Origin: a virus
Reading direction: 5' to 3' (one strand)
Length of the DNA: 46,622 nt
Virus record (IMG/VR): IMGVR_UViG_3300026116_000015
Shown: piece by piece, positions 26,247-34,412 of the stretch
How the letters are laid out: every line of letters starts with the position of its first letter
Numbering within the stretch: position 1 is the stretch's first letter
The notes under the pieces: generated by a model
Told to the model about the DNA's origin: nothing
What the model saw: the letters and a program-made list of their open reading frames with translations, nothing else
The model's database searches: none
Position numbers and translations under genes: made by a program

Positions 26247-26817
26247 CGACGATTTCCGCCTCTTCGATCGCCTCAGTCGGCGATGGCGCCGCTTCCAAAA
26301 GCTTCGCCGCACCCGTCAGGTCCGCGTCGCGCTCGACGTCCGCACCAAAAGCACGCAAGGTGGACTTCGGGAGCACGTACAACTCGTGACGGTGCGTGAC
26401 GGTGCCGCCGTAGAGCGTCTTGACCGTCGACGTCGGCGAGCCGCGGAGCTGGTGAATGAGCTTCCACGCGTTGTCGGCGGCCGTTTTCACGTCATCGCCT
26501 TCCGTCAGCGCGCGCTCGATCGCCCCGATCGCCGCGCCGAGGTACTTTTCGAGTTCGTCTTCGGCCTTCTCTTTGGCGATGGCCTTGAACTCGCGCCGAT
26601 TCACCTTCACCAGCGGCTTGACGGTGTTGATGATGTCCTGGATGACGCCGCCGCGTCCGAGTTCGTTGTAGATCGTCCGGCTCGTGCAGCCCAGCGACTC
26701 GGCAACTTCTTCCTTCGTCGCTCCGGCGGCCAGACCGACCGCGATAGCGATCTCGCGGAGGGTGTATTTTCGGTCTGTTTCGCCCGGTAAACTGCGCGTC
26801 CTCGCCACGATCGGCAA
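26230..26817 (-). CDS. terS: Terminase small subunit (HTH-containing) candidate
   Basis: First gene of the late operon. TKEEVAESLGCTSRTIYNEL is an HTH. Immediately upstream of terL. Confidence 0.55.
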   Translation of the reverse strand: MPIVARTRSLPGETDRKYTLREIAIAVGLAAGATKEEVAESLGCTSRTIYNELGRGGVIQDIINTVKPLVKVNRREFKAIAKEKAEDELEKYLGAAIGAIERALTEGDDVKTAADNAWKLIHQLRGSPTSTVKTLYGGTVTHRHELYVLPKSTLRAFGADVERDADLTGAAKLLEAAPSPTEAIEEAEIVGVPAN

Positions 26818-26889
26818 TCATGCGCGCGTAAGCGTCGGCGCGTCAACAAATTAGCGAAGTGCTCCGTTTCGAGAGGCAAATCGCTTAAA

Positions 26890-27120
26890 ATGCGCGCTCA
26901 ACAGATGCCTTCAGGAGTGTACCGTCGCTGCGAATTCCTTCAGTGTAAGCGCGGAAAGTACCGCCGGATGGCGTCGAAACGGCTCAATCCGGACATCCGG
27001 CACCTGTACCCCAACGAGTTCTACAACGCATGCAAAAAGCATTGGGATCGGATCAACAACCACGGCGATCCGAGCATCGTGAAGCATCCGTGGAGTCACG
27101 ATCCGTTCAAAAGGCGATGA
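26890..27120 (+). CDS. Hypothetical small protein (alternative ATG at 26968)
   Basis: Coding bias is strong only from 26968 (MASKRLNPDIRHLY...). Confidence 0.45.
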   Translation: MRAQQMPSGVYRRCEFLQCKRGKYRRMASKRLNPDIRHLYPNEFYNACKKHWDRINNHGDPSIVKHPWSHDPFKRR

Positions 27121-27332
27121 GCCTCTGTCGAAAGCGATTCCACCTAAAAGGCGCTCGCGTTTACGCGTTCTGCCAACTTAAAACCTCGCATTCCGGAAGG
27201 CACCGATCAAGCGGAAGAGCAGGGACGATCGAATGGTGGACGAAGGATCAGCCCGATTGCCCGCCGCCCATGACGATGCGGCAACTGCTTGAGGCAATTT
27301 CGATTCTCAGAAACGAAGGAGGAGAGGTATGA
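27117..27332 (+). CDS. Doubtful basic small protein bridging two genes
   Basis: ATGA overlaps at both ends, but third-position GC is only about half. Confidence 0.3.
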   Translation: MSLCRKRFHLKGARVYAFCQLKTSHSGRHRSSGRAGTIEWWTKDQPDCPPPMTMRQLLEAISILRNEGGEV

Positions 27333-27529
27333 AACTGACATTTGAGATTCAACCCGCCAGCGAAACCGGAGAGGCGCACGAAACGGGCTACACCGCGCAT
27401 TGCGTCGAAGAGCCGGGGGTGATCACGCAGGGTGAAACCGTCGAAGAGGCACTGGTCAACCTCGCCGACGCGTACCGAGAACACACGCTCGCGTACGCGG
27501 GTGTTCGGAAGGATGGGCTCGTGAAATGA
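27329..27529 (+). CDS. HicB-like (UPF0150) antitoxin-fold protein
   Basis: GAAGGAGGAG SD. GYTAHCVEEPGVITQGETVEEALVNLADAY fits the HicB N-domain pattern. Confidence 0.6.
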   Translation: MKLTFEIQPASETGEAHETGYTAHCVEEPGVITQGETVEEALVNLADAYREHTLAYAGVRKDGLVK

Positions 27530-28026
27530 AGCAAACTCTTGTTCCTAACAACGGCTACGTTCTCGCGAGCAGGGCTTCGACGCGAGAGTTTTACGGCTAC
27601 CGCCCGTCACCAGTCGCTCTCGGCGATGAGGACACCAATCTTGTGTACGTCGGCGAGGGCAAGTACGAGCACGTCCGTCAGATTTGGGCGCAAGTGCTTG
27701 ACGTCGGGAAGAGCGAAACCACGATGTACGGAACGAAGATCACTTGCGACGCCGAAAAGGGCGACTTCTACGCGATCACGAACATGGGCGTTGAAATCCC
27801 GCTCGAAGCTGGCGACGGAACGATCGAATTTCTCACCGTCATCCAATTCGGCGGCCTACTCGGAAGGCTCGAAGCCTTTTGCGACGCGCCAGGATGCGAC
27901 TACCGCTCCAGGAAGGAGCCGCGCATCCTCATCTGCCCGAAGTGCGGCGCGGGTCCGGCCGTCGAGTTGGTCACGCCGTCGCTCACCGAGTCGGTGGCTG
28001 TGGCGGCAAGCAGGGTGCGGTCGTGA
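27526..28026 (+). CDS. Hypothetical protein; possible GroES/gp31-like barrel plus C-terminal zinc ribbon
   Basis: LVPNNGYVLAS...AQVLDVG...GDFYAI...LLGRLE loosely follows the Cpn10 pattern. C-terminus has CDAPGC...CPKCG. Confidence 0.4.
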   Translation: MKQTLVPNNGYVLASRASTREFYGYRPSPVALGDEDTNLVYVGEGKYEHVRQIWAQVLDVGKSETTMYGTKITCDAEKGDFYAITNMGVEIPLEAGDGTIEFLTVIQFGGLLGRLEAFCDAPGCDYRSRKEPRILICPKCGAGPAVELVTPSLTESVAVAASRVRS

Positions 28027-28111
28027 GCGATCGCCAGACGGGACGAACGACCCGAATGTTGCTCGCGGCGGCAATCGCCGTTAGACTTCAACAGCGAAAG
28101 GAAACAGCGAC

Positions 28112-28453
28112 ATGACCACCGACTTCAGGGAACAGATGCGCGAGCAGTTGGAAGGAAAGAAGACCGACGGATGGACTCCCGAGGAAGCCCTGCGATGGCT
28201 CGAAAAGCAGTGCGGGCGATCGAACGAGGAGTTCAAGGGCCACGGCATCCCGCTCGTCGAGGAAGTCTTCGGCGGACGCTTCGAGGGTGGACAGGCGGGC
28301 AACTGGGTTGCGAACGTGGTACCGGAAGCCGAAGCGCCTGCGCCAGCCGCCGAGGAAGCACCAGTTGCGGTCCAGTTGGAACCGGACGCCATCACCGAGA
28401 AGCATTCGGAAGAGCCGCCCGCACCGACCGCTGCGAAGAAAAAGGCGAAGTGA
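28112..28453 (+). CDS. Hypothetical acidic protein (113 aa)
   Basis: AAAGGAAA SD. Good coding bias. Lys-rich tail. Confidence 0.65.
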   Translation: MTTDFREQMREQLEGKKTDGWTPEEALRWLEKQCGRSNEEFKGHGIPLVEEVFGGRFEGGQAGNWVANVVPEAEAPAPAAEEAPVAVQLEPDAITEKHSEEPPAPTAAKKKAK

Positions 28454-28659
28454 AACAACTCTTCCGACCCGAAGTGAACACCTACTTCCGCTGCATCATC
28501 CCGCCGCGGGCTGGCGAATCCTTCCTCATCGAAATTGACGATCGCGCGAACGTCGTGATCGCCGCGCACGTGAGTGGATTTCGCCGCCCGCTCGGGCTCA
28601 CCGTGAAGGGCGCGCGTGAGATTGCTGCGATTGCGGGATGGCGGCCGGTCACCCGATGA
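28450..28659 (+). CDS. Hypothetical protein (69 aa)
   Basis: GTG 28450 overlaps the upstream TGA (GTGA). Same frame as track ORF 28171..28659. Confidence 0.5.
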   Translation: MKQLFRPEVNTYFRCIIPPRAGESFLIEIDDRANVVIAAHVSGFRRPLGLTVKGAREIAAIAGWRPVTR

Positions 28660-28894
28660 TCGCCCACCCGACTGTGCTGCTGTCGAGCGTCTGGATGCTG
28701 AGCAGGCCGAGTAGGTTGGAATTGATGACGAACGACGTTCCGGGGACGATCGTTCCGACCGTGAGCCGCGCGCCCGGCGTTCCGAGCGGCGTTTGCGGGG
28801 TGATGATGACCACCATTCCGGCTTTCGCGGCGGTGGTCTGAACCGTCGCTGTTCCGAGGACGAGCGTTGCCGTTCCTGCCGCCGTGATTTGCAT
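28649..28894 (-). CDS. Small beta-rich protein at the end of the fibre cassette
   Basis: 81 aa, Thr/Gly/Val-rich. Convergent 11-nt overlap with the plus-strand gene. Confidence 0.55.
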   Translation of the reverse strand: MQITAAGTATLVLGTATVQTTAAKAGMVVIITPQTPLGTPGARLTVGTIVPGTSFVINSNLLGLLSIQTLDSSTVGWAIIG

Positions 28895-28896
28895 GG

Positions 28897-29100
28897 TCAG
28901 CTGGCCACAACTTCCTCGGTGTTTTCAATGGCGATGCACTTCTCGCAAGTCAACCGACCGAAGTCCCACGAAAGAACATCGTTGACCCCGATGCGGTGAT
29001 TGTCGAGCGCAAGATATAGTTCCGAAAAGGCCATCGCGACATTCCGCGAGTGAATGAGTCCGGTTTGGGTCAGCGCTTCAGGCTCGGCCATCGTCAACAT
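28897..29100 (-). CDS. Small protein after the tail fibre (possible fibre assembly factor)
   Basis: ATG 29100, 67 aa (MLTMAEPEALTQ...). C-terminal part of track ORF 28897..29625. Confidence 0.45.
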   Translation of the reverse strand: MLTMAEPEALTQTGLIHSRNVAMAFSELYLALDNHRIGVNDVLSWDFGRLTCEKCIAIENTEEVVAS

Positions 29101-29111
29101 TTTCCACACCC

Positions 29112-30110
29112 TCAATTCGTCGCCGTGACGATCCACTTCGACAGGCCACCATCGTAGATGAAACTCGCCGACGACGTACCAGCGCGCAAAACGATGTCCG
29201 CGCCGGTCAAGGTCTGAATCTGATTCGCGGCGATGGACGTCGCGAGGTTTGTCAGCGTCATCTGCTGCGCGGTGGTGTTGAAAATCACGAGCACCTGACC
29301 ATCGGTGCCCGCTGCGAATCCGCTTACGCTGAACGCGCCGGTTGGCCCGGTGATCCGCAAGAATCCTGCGTCCGCGATCGCCAAATCGTTGTTCGCCCCA
29401 TTCGCGAGTGTCAAAGGCTTGTTCGGAAAGACCGTCGATTTGAAGACCGTCACCTTCCCGGCCTGCGTGATGGAAAAAACCGTCGACGGGCCGGTACCCT
29501 CCTCGATTGTCAGGAGGCCCGTCGACGCATCGAGCGTGATGTTGACGGCAAGGTTGTTCGCCGTACCGTTCCCGCCGATGCGCACACGCGTGGCCGTCGA
29601 CGCCCCTCCGAAGATTTGCTGCCATATCGTGGCGGTCGGGGGTGCGACACCGATCCCGACGCGGCCGGAAGTCTGGAGGGTGTCCGTCGTTGGCCCGACA
29701 AGAGCCGGATTGGTTTGGACGACAAACTTCGTGCCCGTGCCGGTTTGCGATGCGATGGACGTCGCGTTCCCTACCGACGTAATCGGTCCGGTCAGGTTGG
29801 CGTTGATCGTTGCGGTGCCGGTGGTGTTGCCTGTCCCGCCGCGTGCCACAGGAAGCGTCCCCGACGCGATCGCCGCGGCATCCAACGTGCCCCCGTCGTC
29901 CGCATCTAGGTGATAGTGTTGCGCGTTGGTGAAGTCGGCGATGGCCGGCGTGCCGAGCGTCGGAGCGGTCCCAAAAACCAGCGCCCCGGAGCCCGTCTCG
30001 TCGCTGACGAACGAGCGAAGTTGATCGGAGGTCAGAACCTCGTCAACGTCGTCGAGATCGCCCGCTTTGCGCCAGCGCCACGGCCAGAAACGTTTGCCGT
30101 AGACGGCCAC
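29112..30110 (-). CDS. Tail fibre protein
   Basis: LTSDQLRSFVSDETGSGALVFGTAPTLGTPAIADFTNAQHYH and GTLPVARGGTG are typical phage fibre N-terminal motifs. Followed by a Thr/Gly/Ala-rich shaft. Confidence 0.8.
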   Translation of the reverse strand: MAVYGKRFWPWRWRKAGDLDDVDEVLTSDQLRSFVSDETGSGALVFGTAPTLGTPAIADFTNAQHYHLDADDGGTLDAAAIASGTLPVARGGTGNTTGTATINANLTGPITSVGNATSIASQTGTGTKFVVQTNPALVGPTTDTLQTSGRVGIGVAPPTATIWQQIFGGASTATRVRIGGNGTANNLAVNITLDASTGLLTIEEGTGPSTVFSITQAGKVTVFKSTVFPNKPLTLANGANNDLAIADAGFLRITGPTGAFSVSGFAAGTDGQVLVIFNTTAQQMTLTNLATSIAANQIQTLTGADIVLRAGTSSASFIYDGGLSKWIVTATN

Positions 30111-30113
30111 GGG

Positions 30114-30401
30114 CTACCAGCGGCGCGGATAGTCGACCGGGACGGACGGAGAGTTCACGCCGATCGCCTCAGGAACCGGCGGCTGGATGCGATTCAGCGC
30201 CGCGTCAATGTCCGCGATTTCTCTGTCCGCCATTCGCCCGCGCTGCTGCGCGTCTTCCCGACACTTCATCAGCGTCTCGCGCATGCTGTCGAGATCGCGG
30301 TGCGCGCGCGCCCAAATCGGCAGCGATTCGGCTGCTTTCGCGGTCCCGACTGAACCGTGGCCGACGAGTCCACCTTGCGCCGCCTGCTGGTATTCGCTCA
30401 T
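30114..30401 (-). CDS. Hypothetical protein heading the fibre cassette (95 aa)
   Basis: ACAGGAGGAAAT SD before ATG 30401. Confidence 0.65.
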   Translation of the reverse strand: MSEYQQAAQGGLVGHGSVGTAKAAESLPIWARAHRDLDSMRETLMKCREDAQQRGRMADREIADIDAALNRIQPPVPEAIGVNSPSVPVDYPRRW

Positions 30402-30655
30402 GGGATTTCCTCCTGTTCTGTATGCCCCGCATCCTACGCGCTCCCTTCACTCCCGCGCAACCGCCGAATTCACGCTCCGCTTTCCGCAGGCACGCGGTTG
30501 CAGAAATCAACACGAACTTTCCCGATTAGAAACCAGCCGCATCGCCCACCGAGACGTGAAATGTCTGAATTTCGTGCGTGCATGGAGATGATGTATGACC
30601 CTCCACCTCAACACTCACGCGTGAGGGGTCTGGGCATAGGGCCATGGGCCCCGGT

Positions 30656-30724
30656 CCCCGCCCTACCACCCACCCTCTGCCGCCCACCCTCGCCCGTGGT
30701 GGAGGGGTGGGGTGGGTGGTGGGG
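30656..30724. repeat. Imperfect C-rich/G-rich inverted repeat; G-quadruplex motifs on both strands
   Basis: CCCTACCACCCACCC (30661-75) pairs with GGGTGGGTGGTGGGG (30710-24). The plus strand reads GGGGTGGGGTGGGTGGTGGGG. Confidence 0.8.
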
Positions 30725-31193
30725 TTGCCCACGCGCGATAGCCGATCGCGCCTCACGCTGGCTTGTACGCTGCCACGCGCTACCTCTCGCTCGCGTCAGC
30801 CTCGATCCGGACGGGCAAGGGCTTGGGGGCTCTGGGTTTGGTGGGACCCCTTCCGGATCGTGGTGGGTCTTTATGTCGGACGCCTTCCGACTTCCCATGA
30901 GCGTCCCTATTCGGTGACGTGTCCCATAATGCACGAAATGTTAAATCGGGCGGTTCGCGTAAGTGCTGATGCTGCGGGGGTTACGCGAATCTCAGAATAT
31001 TCGGCAAGATTATGAGTTGGACTTACGCCCTTTCGTGGCCGGAGTTCAGTGATTGACCCACTACTTCGAGGGAGGAGTTGGCATCGAATCGCTCAGAGGG
31101 GGCGGGTACGCGCGCAGACTGTTTCCGATGACCGTGACGCGCAACCCGTAGTGTTTTGCGAGTGCTCGTTCCACACCCGATCAACTCTCTTCT

Positions 31194-31382
31194 TCATTCG
31201 TTCACTCCGTCACGATTTGCGGGACAGGGAGGGAGAAGCCTTTCATGCGTCACGCGAATCCGTGTCAATTCGGGGCATCCATGAGTGAGTAACCGAGCGA
31301 GCGTTTCGCAGGCATTGACGCACTTCAGCGTCCACTCGTCTACATTCGGTTCCCGTTCAATCCATGTCGGTTCGTTCGCCAC
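31194..31382 (-). CDS. Hypothetical small protein (62 aa, GTG start)
   Basis: AAAGGA upstream. Isolated between two ORF-free stretches. Confidence 0.45.
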   Translation of the reverse strand: MANEPTWIEREPNVDEWTLKCVNACETLARLLTHGCPELTRIRVTHERLLPPCPANRDGVNE

Positions 31383-31651
31383 TTTGCCCGTCCTTTCGTC
31401 GCTCTCTTCGGTGGTGCGGATGTCCAGTCCGCGACCGTCACACTAAGGCTTGTCGGCGACAGCGTTCGCACTTGCAAGTGAGAATGTGTTTATCGACCAC
31501 TCGGCATCACCATCCTTTCCTCCCCTGTCCGGTGCTTCGTCTGGTGAAGGCCACCGAACGTGTCATCGCTGATTTGACGTGCTTTCGAGGAGGAAGGAAA
31601 TCGATCTCGGTCTCTGATGGCGGGCGCGCGAGAGCTTCCCTCCGAATTCGT

Positions 31652-31666
31652 GTTCTTGTCAAGAAC
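31652..31666. repeat. Perfect 7-1-7 palindrome GTTCTTGTCAAGAAC spanning a stop codon
   Basis: Read directly from the sequence. Contains TTGACA on the minus strand. Confidence 0.6.
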
Positions 31667-31856
31667 TTTCTTGCTTGAATCGTTGGCATCGGCACACTTC
31701 CGTAACCGCGTCGCTCAGCCCGTGGAGGCATGCACGCGGTGATGTTCCTACCTGCTCGTGGTCGCTTCTGTCGTGTCCGCAGATGCATCGCTTGCGTGCC
31801 TTCGCCTGTCGTTCCTTGATGCGCAGCTTTCGATTGAGCGCACCGAGGGAAGGCAT
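31659..31856 (-). CDS. Small basic Cys/His protein (65 aa)
   Basis: Contains CICGH...H...CLH...CRC. Starts 3 nt after the upstream stop. Confidence 0.5.
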   Translation of the reverse strand: MPSLGALNRKLRIKERQAKARKRCICGHDRSDHEQVGTSPRACLHGLSDAVTEVCRCQRFKQESS

Positions 31857-31859
31857 GCG

Positions 31860-32294
31860 TTAGAACGGCAGTTCGTCCAGCGGAATCTGAACTGGCGGGG
31901 CTGGCACCCTCATGGTGAGCCACGTAACGAAAGTCCCCCAAGTATCAAACCGCTGAACGTTTGGAAGGAAGCAGAATACCGACGTGGGATGTCCGACAAT
32001 CAAGACGAGCTTTCCTTTCGCGCACGCGTACCCCAACTCTACGTGCTTGCCAACGCTGACAAAGTCGGCGAAGTAGAGGACCGCATCCGCGCGGTCGATG
32101 TCCTCAAAGTCCTGCCGTGCGTAGAGCGCGCACAACCCATCGTCACCCGACCCAAGCGGGTTGCCCCACTCTTCGGTGTCGATCCATCGGCTCGTCACTT
32201 CGATCCCCATTCGGCGCAACTGCTGTACGCGCGGCCGGGTGATCCATCGGTCTGTTCTGAATGAGCACGCGACGTACACGCTCTTGATCATCAT
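31860..32294 (-). CDS. Nucleoside 2-deoxyribosyltransferase-like protein
   Basis: IKSVYVACSF ... DIDRADAVLYFADFVSVGKHVELGYACAKGKLVLIVG follows the Nuc_deoxyrib_tr pattern. Confidence 0.65.
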   Translation of the reverse strand: MMIKSVYVACSFRTDRWITRPRVQQLRRMGIEVTSRWIDTEEWGNPLGSGDDGLCALYARQDFEDIDRADAVLYFADFVSVGKHVELGYACAKGKLVLIVGHPTSVFCFLPNVQRFDTWGTFVTWLTMRVPAPPVQIPLDELPF

Positions 32295-33176
32295 TCACCT
32301 TTTCGGGAAGTACGTCCTGGCGATGTGCTGGGCGAGCGCGAAAGGAATCTTCGCGATGCGGGCCGAGGCGGCTTTGCGGGCGTTCGATTTGCTGCCTGAG
32401 CGTCGCGCGATTACCTGCTGTCCGTCACGGTCCAACGCTTCAACGTTGAACCAGTTGCCGCCTTGCTTCACGCCGTCGTAATCGGCCGTGTTCGGGTCCA
32501 AATGCGGGTACCGCGGATCGTGGCGAATCTGCCCGCCATGAGGTCTGACAGGGTTGTTTCCAAGGACCTTGTTGTGCGCGACGTTGAACCATGAGCCGCC
32601 GTCATTCTTCGTGGCGCGCTCGGCGGTATGGTTGAACGCCTCACCGACATAGCCTGGTTTCCCGAAGTTGCTCCACGATTGAATCGCGACTTTCTTCACG
32701 TCGGAACGCCCCAGCGTGATCGGCATCAGCGCCGGCACGTCGCCCCACAGGTAGTAACTCCCGTGGTGCCAGCGCGCCCGCCCGACGTACTTCTGCGCCC
32801 CGCGCACGTTCTCCTGAACCATCGGGATGAAGTGGCCCGCTGCGGCGATCGCCTCGCGTTGAATGCGTTCAGCCTGCGCGAAGAGCTCAATGCCGAGCAG
32901 CGGCGGTCCGAGTGCCTTCGCCCGCTTCCATGGCATCGCGCGGTAGCTGAACTCTTGGCACGGCGAGCTGGCGACGATCAGCGAGGCATCCTTGAACAGT
33001 GCGCCGTTGATGGTCCGGACGTCCTGAAGTACGAGGTCCGCGCCGCGCGGCACAGGCCCGTGATGTGGCTCGTGTTCGAGGTCGAAACCGACGACTCGCC
33101 CGCCGAGCTCCAACCAGCCCTGACTCCAGCCGAATGACCCGCAGAACAGATCGATCATCAGGGGTGGTTGCATCAA
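32295..33176 (-). CDS. DNA (cytosine-5)-methyltransferase
   Basis: Motif I DLFCGSFG, motif IV SSPCQEFS, motif VI QENVRG. Confidence 0.85.
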   Translation of the reverse strand: MMQPPLMIDLFCGSFGWSQGWLELGGRVVGFDLEHEPHHGPVPRGADLVLQDVRTINGALFKDASLIVASSPCQEFSYRAMPWKRAKALGPPLLGIELFAQAERIQREAIAAAGHFIPMVQENVRGAQKYVGRARWHHGSYYLWGDVPALMPITLGRSDVKKVAIQSWSNFGKPGYVGEAFNHTAERATKNDGGSWFNVAHNKVLGNNPVRPHGGQIRHDPRYPHLDPNTADYDGVKQGGNWFNVEALDRDGQQVIARRSGSKSNARKAASARIAKIPFALAQHIARTYFPKR

Positions 33177-33526
33177 GAACGTTCCGTTGCCAGGCGGCGC
33201 GGATTCATTTCGCGCGCATTTGCGTGGTCATATCCGTCCATCAGATCGAAGGTTCCGGCCTGTTTGCGTGCGTACTTCAGGATCGTCGCGAGACGATGCG
33301 GCCCAGCAATATCGAAATACTCGTCACCGTACCGCGTGAAAACATGACAGCCGATTCGACCACCACGAACGAATCTAGCAATCCACGGCTCACCCTCGGG
33401 CCACGCGCTCACCAGCATGCGGTGCAGTTCGTAGCACGCCCCGTTGGTGAACCGTTCGCGCATCCAACGCGGTTCAACTTCGCGGAGGATTCGGATGAAC
33501 TGCGCGATGTCGCGGCGCTTTGGCAT
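33173..33526 (-). CDS. Hypothetical protein (117 aa)
   Basis: ATGA overlap with the methyltransferase gene. Good coding bias. Confidence 0.65.
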   Translation of the reverse strand: MPKRRDIAQFIRILREVEPRWMRERFTNGACYELHRMLVSAWPEGEPWIARFVRGGRIGCHVFTRYGDEYFDIAGPHRLATILKYARKQAGTFDLMDGYDHANAREMNPRRLATERS

Positions 33527-33529
33527 GCG

Positions 33530-33757
33530 TTACTTTCGGGCAGGCTTCTCGGCCGCAGCCTTCGCCGATTGCGCGCTGAGCCGCACCTTCAGCTTGCCGA
33601 CTTCGGTCAGAAGTTGGCCGACGGTCAGGGCCTCCAGTGCGTCCTTCGCTTCGACCGCGACCACGTGCATCGTGGTCAGCATCTTCTCGGTCGTGTCGAT
33701 CTTACTGGGGCTGAGGAACTGTTTCGCGAGCAGGTTGATCAGGTTCGGGGATGCCAT
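33530..33757 (-). CDS. Hypothetical helical protein (75 aa)
   Basis: ORF between the ligase and the 117-aa gene. Confidence 0.55.
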   Translation of the reverse strand: MASPNLINLLAKQFLSPSKIDTTEKMLTTMHVVAVEAKDALEALTVGQLLTEVGKLKVRLSAQSAKAAAEKPARK

Positions 33758-33769
33758 TGTCTTTCTCCT

Positions 33770-34393
33770 TCAAAAGTCCTTGGTCTTCAACTTCACGATG
33801 AGTCGATGGCCCTTCTTGTCGAAGAGCGGCTCGGCCGTCTTGCCAACCAGTCCCTCGGCCGCGATCTGTCCGCCGTTCAGCCGCGACTGGAAACCGCGCC
33901 GCACGAAATCCGTTGCGTCTTCGAGGGTCATCTCGCCGATGAGCGGAACGACGTCGAGTCCGAGCTTGCTGGCAACATCGCAGGTTGACTCCCAATTGAG
34001 CCACCATTTGCCGTCAACGAGCACATCGAAAACGATGAGTTTCTTCGTCGCCGAGTAGCCGCCGCCCTTCTGGATTCCGGCGCCGTACCCCTCGCCATAG
34101 ATGACGGCGTTTACATCGGGAAAGACATCGGCAAGCCGCTCCGTCGAAACATTCTTGTACAGCCAGCGAACGAGGTCCGCGTGAATCTGCGCGGCGTCCG
34201 TTCGCCCGCCGAGCGTGATCTTGCGGGCAGCGAAGTCCCACGTCACGCGGATGTTGGTGCCGTCGATCTTCTCGGTGAACTGCCACGTTTTGATAAGGCT
34301 GTAGGTCCGGTTCTTTAGGACGAGTTCCGTCTTCAACTTGTGCGTGGCCTCGTCGCGCTCGTACAGCGTTTCGATCTTCGGGTATTTGCTCAT
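33770..34393 (-). CDS. RNA ligase-type nucleotidyltransferase (207 aa)
   Basis: AGGAGG SD before ATG 34393. KYPKIETL N-terminus, motif I EKIDGTN, then YGEGYGAGIQ. Confidence 0.75.
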   Translation of the reverse strand: MSKYPKIETLYERDEATHKLKTELVLKNRTYSLIKTWQFTEKIDGTNIRVTWDFAARKITLGGRTDAAQIHADLVRWLYKNVSTERLADVFPDVNAVIYGEGYGAGIQKGGGYSATKKLIVFDVLVDGKWWLNWESTCDVASKLGLDVVPLIGEMTLEDATDFVRRGFQSRLNGGQIAAEGLVGKTAEPLFDKKGHRLIVKLKTKDF

Positions 34394-34412
34394 GCTTCCT
34401 CCTGAATGGTTG

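Noticed and set aside
27117-27332. HicA toxin partner for the HicB-like gene
   Set aside because: The sequence shows no HicA features (no GSH motif or dsRBD-like pattern), and its codon bias is weak.
30357-31015. Track ORFs 30357..30917, 30644..31015 and 30608..30934 as genes filling the spacer
   Set aside because: They are Pro/Arg/Trp/Gly-rich, mutually overlapping, lack SDs, and are driven by the C-rich/G-rich repeat. None looks like protein.
28649-31193. Diversity-generating retroelement or invertible (Gin/Cin-type) segment acting on the tail fibre
   Set aside because: No reverse transcriptase or invertase gene is present. I could not see a template/variable repeat pair or flanking inverted crossover sites.
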